Origin: an uncultured bacterium
GTDB taxonomy: Bacteria > Acidobacteriota > Thermoanaerobaculia > Multivoradales > JAHZIX01
DNA length: 28,777 nucleotides
Assembly: GCA_965368975.1 (NCBI GenBank)
Contig: CBDUPA010000039.1
Location: 1-28,777 of the forward strand
Reading direction: 5' to 3'
Shown: piece by piece, positions 9,001 through 19,600 of the stretch
Layout: each line of letters starts with the position of its first letter
Numbering within the stretch: the first letter of the stretch is position 1
Notes under the pieces: model-generated
What the model saw: only the letters and a program-made list of their open reading frames with translations
Told to the model about the DNA's origin: nothing
Database searches by the model: none
Translations under genes and position numbers: made by a program

Positions 9001-12000
9001 GCGCGCCTGTTCCTGCTCGACCGTCGCGGCCGGGAGGTCGCCTTCGGCGTCACCGGCCAGATCCACATCGCCGGCCCCACGAAACCAGGAGACACAGGAC
9101 ACGATGGGGGCGTCGGTGGGGGCTATTGGGGGGATCCGCGACGCACCGCCGAGGCCTTCCGACCTGCCCCGGCAGTCACGGGCCAAACAGGCGGCCGCCT
9201 CTACCGCACCGGCGACCTGGCACGTCGCCTGCCCGACGGGCGCTTCGACTTCCTCGGTCGCACTGACGGCCAGCTGAAGGTGCGCGGGTTCCGGGTCGAG
9301 CCGGGAGAGATCGAACTTGCGCTCACCTCGATGCCCGAGGTCGCCGAAGCCGTCGTCATCGCTCGCGACGACCTGACGCCGCCCGGCCTGCCACCGGAGA
9401 CGCGCCTGGTTGCCTACGTGGTGGCGGCCGTGCAGCCGAAGGACGAGAATCAGGAGCAGCCCACCGTATCGAGCCTGCGCGCGGCGCTCGCCGAGCAGCT
9501 ACCCGACTACCTGATCCCCGCCTTCTTCGTGCTGCTACCGCACCTGCCGCTGACCGCCAACGCCAAGGTCGACACACGCACGCTACCCGCGCCCGACGTG
9601 CGCCGGCCCGACCTCGATCGTGACTACGTCGCGCCACGTGGCCAGCTGCAACGGCGCCTGGCGGCGATCTGGCGCCAAGTGCTCGGCGTCGACCGCGTCG
9701 GCATTCACGACAACTTCTTCGAATTGGGTGGCACCTCGCTGCTCATGGTGCAGGTGCAGAGCCGTGTCGAGGAGTTGGTGGAGCGCGAGATCCCGGTGGT
9801 GCAGCTATTCGCCCAGCCAACGCTCGCCCGTCTCACCGACGTCTTACAGGGCGGCGATACCTGCGCCCCGACCGAGACGCTCGATGTCGACAGCCTGCGT
9901 GGCAAGGCCGACAAGCGCAAGCTGGCCCAACGAAGGCTCACCGAGCGCAAGGCAGAGCGGAAACGGGCAGCCCAGCAGCAACGCCCAACCGAGACCGACC
10001 AGCGAAACACCCCACCGCCCCACCCCACACCGGACACCTCCACACCGGCCCCGTCCGGAGCGGCCACATCCAGACCGGCACTGCGCGACCTCGACAGCGT
10101 GCCCCGCCGCGATGCCAGCCTGGACGAGGTCCGCGTGTCGTTCGCCCAGCAGCGCCTATGGTTCATGCAGCGCATGATGCCCGGCCGGTCGAGTTACAAC
10201 GTCCCCTTCGCCTACCAGCTGCGCGATCGGCCACACATCGGGGCCTTGCACCTGGCGCTCTACGCCCTGGTGCAGCGCCACGAGATCCTGCGCACGCGCT
10301 TCGCCGACCGCAATGGCCAGGCGCACCAGCTCATCCTGCCGCTGGCGCAGATACCGCCGGCATTCAGCGTCGTCGATCTCGATCACCTGCCGGAACCAAC
10401 GCAGCTCGACGAGGCCAGTCACCTGGCGACCCGCGAATCGTCCTTGTCCTTCGATCTGGAACGGGGACCGATGCTGCGCGTGCGCCTGCTGCGTGGCGGT
10501 CGCTCCTCCGCGGCGAAGAGCGGCCTGAGCGGCCTGCGAGGTCGCGCACGCAGCTGGCTGCTGATCGATCAACACCACATCGTCACCGATGGTTGGTCAC
10601 TGAGCTTGGTGCTCGCCGAGCTGTCGCAGCTCTACGACGCCGCGCTGCGCCGGCACAAGGACAAGCCACCGACCCCGGAACGCATCGCGGCGGTGGCCGA
10701 CCAGCTGCCGGCACCGCCGCTGCAATACGCCGACTTCACCCTCTGGCAGCGCCGACGGCTCGACGATCCGCAGCTCTCCGAGGCGCTGATCGCGCCGATG
10801 CGCCAACGCCTGGCCCAGGCACCGACGCTGGAGTTGCCGCTCGACCGCCCGCGACCACCGGTGCAGAGCTTCGAGGGTGCCTTCCTGCAGCACCGGCTGC
10901 CAGTATCGCTGGTCACCGCCGCCGAGACGTTGGGCCGTCAGCGCGGTGCCACGCCGTTCATCGTCCTCAGCGCCGTCTTCTTCCTACTCCTCTACCGCAC
11001 CACCGGTCAGCGCGACCTGATCTTCGGCACCCCCGTCGCCGGGCGGCTGCGACCCGAGTTGGAGCAGATACTCGGCTGCTTCATCAACACCCTGGTTTTC
11101 CGCCTGCGCCTGGACGATGTCACCGGCGATGGCTTCAGCGACCTGCTGACCGCGGTCCAGGAAGTGGCGATGGAAGCGTACGCGCAGCAGGAGCTGCCCT
11201 TCGAGCGCCTGGTGGAAATCGTGCGCGTCGACCGGGACCTGAGTCGCAACCCGCTGTTCCAGGTGCTGTTTGCCATGCAGAACACCGTCGCCGAGCCGGA
11301 GCGACTGGGGCGCGTCAAGCTCGAGCGCTTCTACTTCCCGGTGACCGTGTCGCGCGCCGAAATGGAGATCCAGATGGTGCGCCGGCCCGAGGCCCTGCAC
11401 CTCGACCTCTACTACGCCGACAATCTGCTCGACGCCACCACCGTCCTGCGCCTGCTCAAGGGCTTCCAGCATCTGCTCGAAACCGTGGTGGCGAGGCCCG
11501 GAACGCCGTGGCAGACGCTCGATTCGCTGGGCATCGCCGAGCGACACCAGCTGCTGCGCGAGTGGAACGATGCCGCCGTCGAGCCACCGGCGACCGAAGT
11601 CGCCCCCCTGGTACCCTGGCAAATCGTGCGTCATGCCAAGCAACGTCCGGACGCGCTGGTCGCCACGCGCGGCCGCGTCCACGTCACCTGGGGCGAGTTG
11701 CTGCGCCGCTGCCGCCGCCTGGCTTTCGAACTGCAGCGTCGCGGCGTCACCGTTGACATGCCGGTCGCCACCTGCCTGACGCCCTCACCGCGGCAGCTGA
11801 TCGCACAGTTCGCCGTCATGCTGGCCGGCGCTGGCTACGCGCCACTCGATCCCGCCGACAGCAGCGAACGCCCCGCCTTCATGGCCGAGGACATCGACGC
11901 CCCCGTGCTGCTCACCGAGGCCGAGCACAGCGACCGCTTCGCGCACCTGCCGACCGAGCGCCTGGAGCTCGACGACGCCTGGCTCGGCGCGCTGCCCGAC

Positions 12001-13467
12001 CCACCCGCCGACGTGCAGCTACCGCCGCCGCTGCACGCGCACAACCTGGCCTACGTCATCTTCACCTCCGGCTCCACCGGCCGCCCCAAGGGCAGCCTGC
12101 TCAGCCACGCCAACCTGGCCAACTTCGCGCGCTGGCACGTGCGGGACTTCTCCATCGTGCCCACGGATCGCGCCTCCAAGGTCGCCGGCCCGGCCTTCGA
12201 CGCCGCCATGTGGGACACCTGGCCCAACCTGGCCGGCGGCGCCAGCCTCTGGTATCCGGCCGACTCCCTGCGCAAGTCGCCGCAGGACCTGCTCGACTGG
12301 CTGGCCAGCCGCCGTCTCACCTACATCTTCCTCCCCACGCCGATGGCCGAGGCCGTGCTGCGCCTGCCCGTGCCGCGCCCCTTCGCCGCCCGCTTCCTGA
12401 CCACCGGCGGCGACCGTCTGCTGCAGCGACCCCGGCCGCAAGCCCGCTTCGACTTCGTCAACGTCTACGGCCCCACCGAATGCACGGTGATCGTCACCAC
12501 CGCGCGTGTACCGTCCGTCCCCACCTTCATGGAGGCGCGCGGCAACGGCAATCCCACGCTCGGCCGGCCGCTCGACAACGCGCGTCTCTACGTGCTGGAC
12601 GTCCACCAACGGCCGGTCGGAGCGGGTGTCCACGGCGAAGCCTGGATCGCCGGTGCCGGTCTGTCGCGCGGCTACCTCGGAATGCCGCAACGCACGGCCG
12701 ACGTCTTCCGTCCCGACCCCTTCCCCGACAGCCCCGGCGAGCGCATGTACCGCACCGGCGATCTCACCCGCCTGCGCGCCGACGGCACGCTCGATTTCCT
12801 CGGTCGCATCGACTTCCAGGTCAAGGTGCGCGGCCTGCGGATCGAGCTCGGTGAGGTCGAGGCGGCGCTGAACGCCCTGCCCTTCGTGCGCAAGGCGGTA
12901 GTGCTGGCACGTCAAGACGGTGGACCGCAGAGCGAGGTACGGCTGGTCGCCTACATCGTGCCGCGTCCCGGCCCGACTCCCAACGTCACCGTGCTGCGCG
13001 TCGCGCTCAACCGCAAGCTGCCCGACTACATGGTGCCCGCCGCCTTCGTCATCCTCGAACAATTCCCGATGACCGCCAACGACAAAATCGACCGCAAGGC
13101 CCTGCCCGCGCCAGAGGGTGAACGCCCCGAACTGGCCAAGGCCTACGTCGCCCCCGAAGGCCAGCTGCAGCGTCGCCTGGCCGAGATCTGGCAAGACATC
13201 CTGGGCCTCGATCGCGTCGGCATCCACGACAACTTCTTCGACCTCGGCGGCTCGTCGCTGCTGATGATGGAAGTGCAAAGCCGCCTGCGCGACGAACTCG
13301 ACCGCGACATTCCGGTCGTCAAGCTGTTCGCCCACGCGACGCTGCACAGCCTGAGCGAGTTCCTCGGCGGGGCCCCAGAGCCTGCCAAGATGGACGTCAG
13401 CTCGGAGCGGTCGCAGGCGGACAAGCGCAAGGAAGCGTTGCTGCGGCGGCGCCAGCGCCGGGGGTGA
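6031..13467 (+). CDS. Bimodular NRPS, leader-C-A-T-C-A-T (2478 aa), no TE
   Basis: Two C domains (SFAQQRLWF, HHIVTDGWS, RDLSRNPLFQV), two A domains (FTSGSTGxPKG, YGPxE, YRTGDL), two T domains (DNFFELGGTSL, DNFFDLGGSSL). Strong RBS GGAGGAGG. Confidence 0.97.
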   Translation: MSFSAGSSSEGGTAEDAVRRRLLHAQLQAFNQLAARQLQVLARTGYVVESPTTGPHTAETPLDEPEATPAQAPAEPAAETPIASAAPEAPAAPLDARPFEAKPVEARPVEARLVEARPVESGPKTAPTPTPTSSTLDAIPRRPPACQTSDQPGEPLQLSFAQQRLWFVHKMQPHKPTYNVPFAYRTLGRLDAEALRRALLAVAWRHEGLRTVFPEHQGEPRQQIHARPDVPLRRVDLSRLPAQRRRRLARRLMLGEAQGLFDVYRGPLLRALVLHASPRRAWVVFNHHHIVTDGWSISILLDEVSAFYQAALAAPELTPRRLVRQLETAGTLSPLPIQYADFALWQRQWLSGERLQNQTDYWRHQLADAPTLELPLDRPRQPVQRFLGGGWYGAWSGSLMTALETLARRRGVTPFMVFAAVFGVLLHRLSGQRDLVFGTPVANRTRPELEGLIGFFVNNLVLRLRLDDDAQSLGDLLHQIRQVAFEAYAHQELPFEALIGALQLQRDLSRNPLFQVVMALQNTPDRQERLANVELQEEHFEEATSRMDMEVQLRRESDRLALEIYFDLDLLDVSTVARWMGHFRQLLRQAIADPERPWSTLAPLDPAQRHQLLYEGNDVPLPAAAPVSPDATAFTGDADADLVPERIHKLAERWPERLALTQAATDTVSLPTFVSYRELTHRADRLATALRARGVGANVPVAVCLPPGPDLVLVELAVLRAGGAFVPLDPDDTSVRRSAMLAVLAGAGAVLAGAAGGRASAESDLPLVLTDAASLDDLQARPCRPLVWNEAHAHSGPTPHTPVAREVVHPLQPAYLVFTSGSTGEPKGVVIRQQNLAFYCRWHRRVYGTLPDDRASALSPPAFDASIGDIWPALAAGASVWFPPAAARRSPSELVRWADRCRLTLWHLPTPTAEACLRESLPPTLAVRHMLCGGDRLRQRPPHAARFVFSNGYGPSECTVCSSRAPVPPEPTELEAQRGGAPSLGLPVPGARLFLLDRRGREVAFGVTGQIHIAGPTKPGDTGHDGGVGGGYWGDPRRTAEAFRPAPAVTGQTGGRLYRTGDLARRLPDGRFDFLGRTDGQLKVRGFRVEPGEIELALTSMPEVAEAVVIARDDLTPPGLPPETRLVAYVVAAVQPKDENQEQPTVSSLRAALAEQLPDYLIPAFFVLLPHLPLTANAKVDTRTLPAPDVRRPDLDRDYVAPRGQLQRRLAAIWRQVLGVDRVGIHDNFFELGGTSLLMVQVQSRVEELVEREIPVVQLFAQPTLARLTDVLQGGDTCAPTETLDVDSLRGKADKRKLAQRRLTERKAERKRAAQQQRPTETDQRNTPPPHPTPDTSTPAPSGAATSRPALRDLDSVPRRDASLDEVRVSFAQQRLWFMQRMMPGRSSYNVPFAYQLRDRPHIGALHLALYALVQRHEILRTRFADRNGQAHQLILPLAQIPPAFSVVDLDHLPEPTQLDEASHLATRESSLSFDLERGPMLRVRLLRGGRSSAAKSGLSGLRGRARSWLLIDQHHIVTDGWSLSLVLAELSQLYDAALRRHKDKPPTPERIAAVADQLPAPPLQYADFTLWQRRRLDDPQLSEALIAPMRQRLAQAPTLELPLDRPRPPVQSFEGAFLQHRLPVSLVTAAETLGRQRGATPFIVLSAVFFLLLYRTTGQRDLIFGTPVAGRLRPELEQILGCFINTLVFRLRLDDVTGDGFSDLLTAVQEVAMEAYAQQELPFERLVEIVRVDRDLSRNPLFQVLFAMQNTVAEPERLGRVKLERFYFPVTVSRAEMEIQMVRRPEALHLDLYYADNLLDATTVLRLLKGFQHLLETVVARPGTPWQTLDSLGIAERHQLLREWNDAAVEPPATEVAPLVPWQIVRHAKQRPDALVATRGRVHVTWGELLRRCRRLAFELQRRGVTVDMPVATCLTPSPRQLIAQFAVMLAGAGYAPLDPADSSERPAFMAEDIDAPVLLTEAEHSDRFAHLPTERLELDDAWLGALPDPPADVQLPPPLHAHNLAYVIFTSGSTGRPKGSLLSHANLANFARWHVRDFSIVPTDRASKVAGPAFDAAMWDTWPNLAGGASLWYPADSLRKSPQDLLDWLASRRLTYIFLPTPMAEAVLRLPVPRPFAARFLTTGGDRLLQRPRPQARFDFVNVYGPTECTVIVTTARVPSVPTFMEARGNGNPTLGRPLDNARLYVLDVHQRPVGAGVHGEAWIAGAGLSRGYLGMPQRTADVFRPDPFPDSPGERMYRTGDLTRLRADGTLDFLGRIDFQVKVRGLRIELGEVEAALNALPFVRKAVVLARQDGGPQSEVRLVAYIVPRPGPTPNVTVLRVALNRKLPDYMVPAAFVILEQFPMTANDKIDRKALPAPEGERPELAKAYVAPEGQLQRRLAEIWQDILGLDRVGIHDNFFDLGGSSLLMMEVQSRLRDELDRDIPVVKLFAHATLHSLSEFLGGAPEPAKMDVSSERSQADKRKEALLRRRQRRG
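6316..6390 (+). repeat. 15-nt tandem repeat x5 (ARPVE-like) in the NRPS1 leader
   Basis: GCCAGACCCGTTGAG consensus, five adjacent copies with few substitutions. Confidence 0.9.
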
Positions 13468-13549
13468 CCGGTACGAGCCGCCGATTCGAAGCCCTCGACG
13501 CAACCAGTTGCAGCAAGGCGTCAACGCAACCCATCGCGCGGATCGCGTA

Positions 13550-13558
13550 TGCTACGAT
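13550..13558 (+). promoter_or_regulatory. Possible extended -10 promoter for NRPS2
   Basis: TGCTACGAT (TGn-TACGAT) about 90 nt before the ATG at 13648; no clear -35. Confidence 0.35.
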
Positions 13559-13647
13559 TTCTAGCCTTCGGGATGCCTACGGGCTCTGAGGGGGGCATAC
13601 TTTCTTTTTGCTTTCGATGTTTCGGAGCAGCCTAAGGGAGCCTTGTC

Positions 13648-16600
13648 ATGTCTTCGGTTGATATGCCTCTGACCGTCGCGCCAGCGGTGCGGCGAGCGGG
13701 CGATGGGAGTGGGAACAAAGGCGGGGAGAAACCGGTTGCGAACGGCATGTTCGTGAGCATCGTGCGTCGTTTCGTGACGCAGGCCGGGCGAACTCCGGAC
13801 ACGGTCGCGGTCCACCATCAGGATGGCCGTGGCAAAGATCTCTACCTCAGCTACGGCGAGTTGGAACGGCGTAGCGGTGTGCTGGCACGGCAGCTCCGCG
13901 CAGACGGCCTCGGAGCCAGTTCCGAGACCGATACCAGGGCTGACGAGACGATCGTCGGCATCTGCCTGGAACGACGGCCCCAGCTGCTGGAAGCGATCCT
14001 CGGCGTGCTGCGGGCCGGTGCCGCATACCTACCGCTCGATCCCGGCTTGCCAGCCGAACGGCGCACGCTGATGCTGGAGACCTCCGGCGCGCGCCTGGTG
14101 CTCAATGCGCAGAGCCTGGCTGAGCTGCAAGCAAGCTCGGCCGAGCACGGGCCACAGGACGAGCCACAGGACGGGCCACATCACGAACCACACCCGGAAC
14201 AGCTCGCCTACGTGCTCTACACCTCCGGCTCGACCGGCGTACCCAAGGGCGTGCAGATCCCGCACAAAGGCGTCGCCAACCTGTTCGACGATGTCGCCGA
14301 ACGCTTGACCTTCGAGGCCGGCGACGTGATGCCGGCGATCACCACGATCTCGTTCGACATCGCGCTACCCGAGCTGCTGCTGCCGTTGACCCTGGGTGCG
14401 CGCACCGAGCTGGTGGCGCGCAGCATCGCGGCGGACGGCGTGAAGCTGCAGCGCCTGATGGCCGAGCAGCAGGCGACGATCATCCAGGCGACGCCGGCAA
14501 CCTGGCGCCTGCTACTGGCGGCGGGCTGGCGGGGCGGCCCGCACCTGCGCCTGATCTCGACCGGCGAGGCCCTGCCGCAAGACCTGGCCGAAGCGCTTCT
14601 ACCGCGTGGTGAAGAGCCCCGCGGCGCCGAGCTGTGGAATCTCTACGGTCCGACCGAAACAACGGTGTGGGCCAGCGGCTGGCGCGTGCTCGACCCGGCC
14701 GACGTCAGCCCGATCGGCCATGCGGTGAAACGGACGCGCCTGCGGCTGCTCGACGAGGCAGGCCGCGTCCTGAGCGCGGCCCAGGAGGCTGAGAGTGGCG
14801 ATGGGGGTGGCGAAGGCGAGTTGTGCATCGGCGGCGACGGTCTGGCGCGGGGCTACCAGGGTCGGCCGGCGTTGACGGCGAGCGTCTTCGTGCCCGACCC
14901 CGAGGCTGGCCGCGACGGCACGCCCGCGGGGGCGCGGCTCTACCGCACGGGTGATCTGGCACGGCGACGATCCACGAAAGCGGGCGCCAGAACCTCAGCC
15001 GACGGCGTCGTCGAATACCTGGGCCGCCTCGACCACCAGATCAAGATCCGGGGTTTCCGCGTCGAGCCGGGAGAGATCGAGGTCACCCTGGCGCGCCATC
15101 CGTCGGTGCGCACGGCGGTGGTGCTGGCGCGCTCGTTCGGCGTCGACGACCTGCGCCTGGTGGCGTACGTCGTGCCGGCGGCCGGCACTCTGCCCGGCAC
15201 GGGAGCACTGCGCGACCACCTGGCGACCAGCCTGCCCGACTACATGGTGCCGGCACTCTTCGTGCCAATCGAAGAGCTGCCGTTGACGCCGAGCGGCAAG
15301 ATCGATCGCAAGGCGCTGCAGGCGCACGAACTGCCCGCGACACCAGCGGACACGATCAGTGCCGAGCAGCAGCCGCGCGGCCCGCTCGAAACGCAGCTGG
15401 CCGCCGCCTTCGCCACGGCGCTGCAGCTGCCGGCCGTGGCCCGCGACGCCAACTTCTTCGAGCTCGGCGGCCACTCGCTGCTCGCCACCCAGCTGGTCGC
15501 CCGTCTGCGGGAGACCGGGCAACGGGAAGGCGGTCTCGACATCGGTCATGGCGACCTCTTCCAGGCTTCCAGCGTCGCCGAACTGGCGGCCTTGCTGGAG
15601 CGGCGCGCGGCCGGTGAAGACGAGGCGGGCGGTGCGCGCGCCGAGCTGCCGCCGGTGCGTGCGTTCACACGCTTGAGCGAGATCGACGCCGATGGCCACA
15701 TGGAGCCGATCACCGCGCCGCTCTCCTATGCCCAGCAGCGCCTGTGGTTCCTCGACCGCTTGCTGGCCAACCCGGCGGTCTACAACGTTGCCGCGGCGTG
15801 GGAACTCGAGGATCGTACCGTCGACGAAGCGACCCTGCGACGCGCGCTGACCGCCCTCGTCCGCCGGCACGAGACGCTGCGCACCACCTTCGACGAGGTC
15901 GACGGCAAGCCCTTCCAGCGCATCGCGGCTGCTGAGAGTGCCCAGGCGTCGCTGACCGTCGTCGACCTTGATACCCGCCGACCGTTCATCGACCATGCGG
16001 TACACCAGCGCTTCGACCTGGTCGAGGGTCCGTTGCTGCACGCCTACCTGCTGCGCGGTCACACCGCAAGCTCCTCCCTGCTGCTACTGGTGATGCACCA
16101 CATCATCACCGACGACTGGTCGATGAGCGTGCTGGCGCGTGAGCTGTCGGCGCTGCTCACATCGAATGGCACCCCGCTCGACGCTCTCGACGTGCAGTAT
16201 GCCGACTACGCCGAGACGCAGCAACGCTGGCTGGCCAACACGCAAGACACCGCGAAGCTCGAAACCGTGCTCGAAGACCTGTGCCGCCAGCTCGACGGCG
16301 TGCCGCCGTTGGAACTCCCCCTCGACCGGCCACGGCCGAGCGTGCAGCGGCTGGACGGCGCGCACCTGCCCGTCCGCTTGCCGGCCGACACCGTCGCCGG
16401 CCTGCAACGCCTCTCGCATGCTGGTGGGGCCAAAGCAAGTACGGGCCAAGCAGGTGCCACCCTCTTCATGACGCTGACCGCCGCCTTCCAGCTGCTGCTG
16501 GCGCGCCTCACCGGTCAGGCTGATTTCGCCCTCGGCACGCCGATCGCCGGCCGCGGCCAGCGCGCGCTCGAAGGGCTGATCGGCTTCTTCGTCAACACCC

Positions 16601-19600
16601 TCGTGCTGCGCCAGCCGGTGGCCGCCGGCGAACTGCCCGGCTTGCCCTTCGTGGACCTGCTCGAACGTCAACGCCAGCGCGTGCTCGACGCCTTCCGCCT
16701 GCAGGACGTACCCTTTGATCTGCTGGTCCAGCGCCTGCAGGGCGAGCGCGACTTGAGCCGCAACCCGCTGGTGCAGGTCGTCTTCGCGCTGCAGAACGCA
16801 CCGCCGGCCGTGCTCGAAGTCGACGGCGAATCGATCGAGCCGGTCGCGCTCGACGAATTCGGTGTGCGCTTCGACCTCGAACTGCACCTGCAGCCGAGCC
16901 GCGATCCACGGCAGGAACACCTCGAAGGCTTCCTGGCCTACGACGCCGCGCTCTACGACGCCACCTCCATGCGCCGCCTGTGGCGCAGCCTGCGCGTGCT
17001 ACTCGACGGCATCGTCGCCGACCCGCACGCGGCCTGCGGCGCGCTGCCCGTGCTGGCGCGCGAGGAACGCCAGCAGCTGCTGCGCGAGTGGAACGACACG
17101 GCCTGGAGCATCGAGCAGTGGCGTCAAGCTCCCGCCGGCATCCTGCCACCTCGGCCCAGCGTCCACGCGCAGATGCGCGCCGTCATCGATGCGCGTCCCG
17201 ACGCCGTCGCGATCCTCGACGAACACCAAGCCGGCCAGCCGCCATGCCACCTGAGCTTCGCCGAGCTCGGCCGCCGCGCCCGGCGTCTCGGCCACCACCT
17301 GGTGCGTGCCGGCGTGCGGCCGGACTCGGTCGTCGCCGTGTGGCTGGTGCCGTCGCAGGAAGCGCTGATCGCGCAACTGGCCGTGCTCGAAGCCGGAGCC
17401 GCCTTCGCACCGCTCGACCCGGCGGACCGCTCCGAGCGGCCACTGCAGCTGGTCGACGACCTCATGGGTAGCGCCCAGGCCTCGACGAACAGCCTCTTGC
17501 TCACCGAGGAAGCCTTGGTCGCGCGCCTGGGCGATCAGCTGCCGGCGCGGCACCTGATCCTCGAGAACGTATCTCTCGACCTGGATACCGAGACGCAGAC
17601 ACAGCTACCCACGAGCCACCCCCAGCAGACCGCCTACGTCCTGTTCACTTCCGGCTCCACCGGCCGGCCGAAAGGCGTGCGCGTCAGCCACCACAATCTG
17701 CTGCACTTCAGCCGCTGGTACCAGCACGAGTGGCGCCTCGACCCCGATCGCGACCGCGCCGCGCGTGTCTCGGGCTCGGCCTTCGACGCCTCGGTGTGGG
17801 ACGCCTGGAGCCACCTGACAGCCGGCGTGCCGGTGGCCGTGCCGGCGGAAGAAACCCGCCTGACACCCGCCGCGCTGGCGACCTGGCTGCACGCGCGCTC
17901 GGTGAGTGTGCTGTTCCTGGCGACGCCGCTGGCCAAGGCCTTGCTGGCCCAGAAACCACCACGCTCGCTGCGCCGCCTGGCCATGGGCGGCGAGAAGCTG
18001 CACCACTGGCCGGCCGACCCGCCGTTCCGTCTCGACCACGTCTACGGCCCAACCGAATGCACCATCCTGGCCACCGGCACGCGCATGGACCGCTGGAGCG
18101 CCGCCGCGCGCGTGCCGCACCCAACACCGCCGATCGGCGGACCGCTGGCCAACCTGCATCTCTACCTGCTCGACCGCCAGCAACGGCCGGTACCGCTGGG
18201 CGCGCCCGGCGAGATCTACCTGGGCGGCGACGGCGTGGCGCGCGGCTACCACCGGCGGCCAGCACGCACCGCCGAGGCTTTCCGGCCGGATCCGTTCGCG
18301 GGGCCGTTCCCCTGCGCCGGGAGAGGGGGCGAACGGCTCTACAAGACCGGTGACCTGGTGCGCTACCGGCCGGACGCGCAGCTCGAATTTCTCGGCCGCG
18401 CCGACTTCCAGATCAAGCTGCGTGGCGTGCGCATCGAGCTGGGCGAGATCGAAGCGGCTCTGCTGGCACAGCCGGAAGTGCGCGAGGCAGTAGTGTTGCT
18501 GCGCGCGCCGAGGCCCGAGCAGGGCTGGACGTCGCCGCACCTGGCCGCTTATGTCGTGGCGAGTCACACACGGAACCTGAACGCGGGTGATCTTCGTAGT
18601 GGCCTGCGCCGGCAGCTGCCCGAGACCATGGTACCGGCCGCCATCGTCATTCTCGGCCACCTGCCGCTGAACGCCAACGGCAAGGTCGACCGGCGCGTAC
18701 TGCAAGGCCTGCCGCTGCAGCGCGAGGGCGCCGAGGCGCGCGGCGGCAGGGTAGTGGCACCGCGCAACGCCGTCGAGGCCAAGCTGCTGGAGATCTGGCG
18801 CGAGGTGCTAGACCTCCACGCCGACTCCGGCACGGGCTCGTTCGGTGTCGAGGACGACTTCTTCGAGCTCGGCGGTCACTCGCTGCTCGCCACCCAGGTG
18901 ACCGCGCGCGTGCGCCAGGAGCTCGGCGTCGAGTTGGGCGTGCGCACAGTGTTCGAGAACCCGACCATCGCGCAGCTAGCCGAGCAAGTGGCCGACGCAC
19001 AGCAAGCCGGCGCGGCCCCGATCGAGCGCCGCGCCACGGAGTTGCAGGCAGCGGGCGTCGACCTGCCGCTCAGCTTCGCCCAGGAGCGCGTGTGGTTCCT
19101 GGTGCGCATGCTGCCGGACAACCCTTTCTACAACGTCCCTTTCAGCTACCGCCTACACGGCCCGATCCGGCAGCTAGAACACGCCCTGAGCACCATCGTG
19201 GCGCGCCACGAGGTGCTGCGCAGCCGCTTCCCCGAGGTCGATGGAGCACCGCGGCAGGTGGTCGACGCACCGTGGCGCGTGGCCCTGCCGGTGGTCGATC
19301 TGCAAGCTCTCGACGCGAGCGACCGCGAGACGGAAGTCCAGCGCTTGGCCGCCCTCGAAGCGCGGCGGCCGTTCGACCTGGCGAGCGACAGGCTGCTGCG
19401 CGCTCGCCTGCTGCGAGTCTCCAACACTCCGAACGAACAAACACACGCGTTCCTGCTGTCGACGCACCACATCGTCTTCGACGGCTGGTCGCAGCAGGTG
19501 TTGTTGGGAGAGCTGGAAGCCCTGTGCTCGGAACAGGACCTGACGGCACGACTCGCTCCTCTGCCCGTCCAGTACGGCGACTACGCATTGTGGCAACGCC

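Noticed and set aside
5855-13650. Direct PhoB control of the NRPS genes
   Set aside because: No 11-bp-phased half-sites found upstream of either NRPS; only a lone TTGTCAT overlapping the NRPS2 start.
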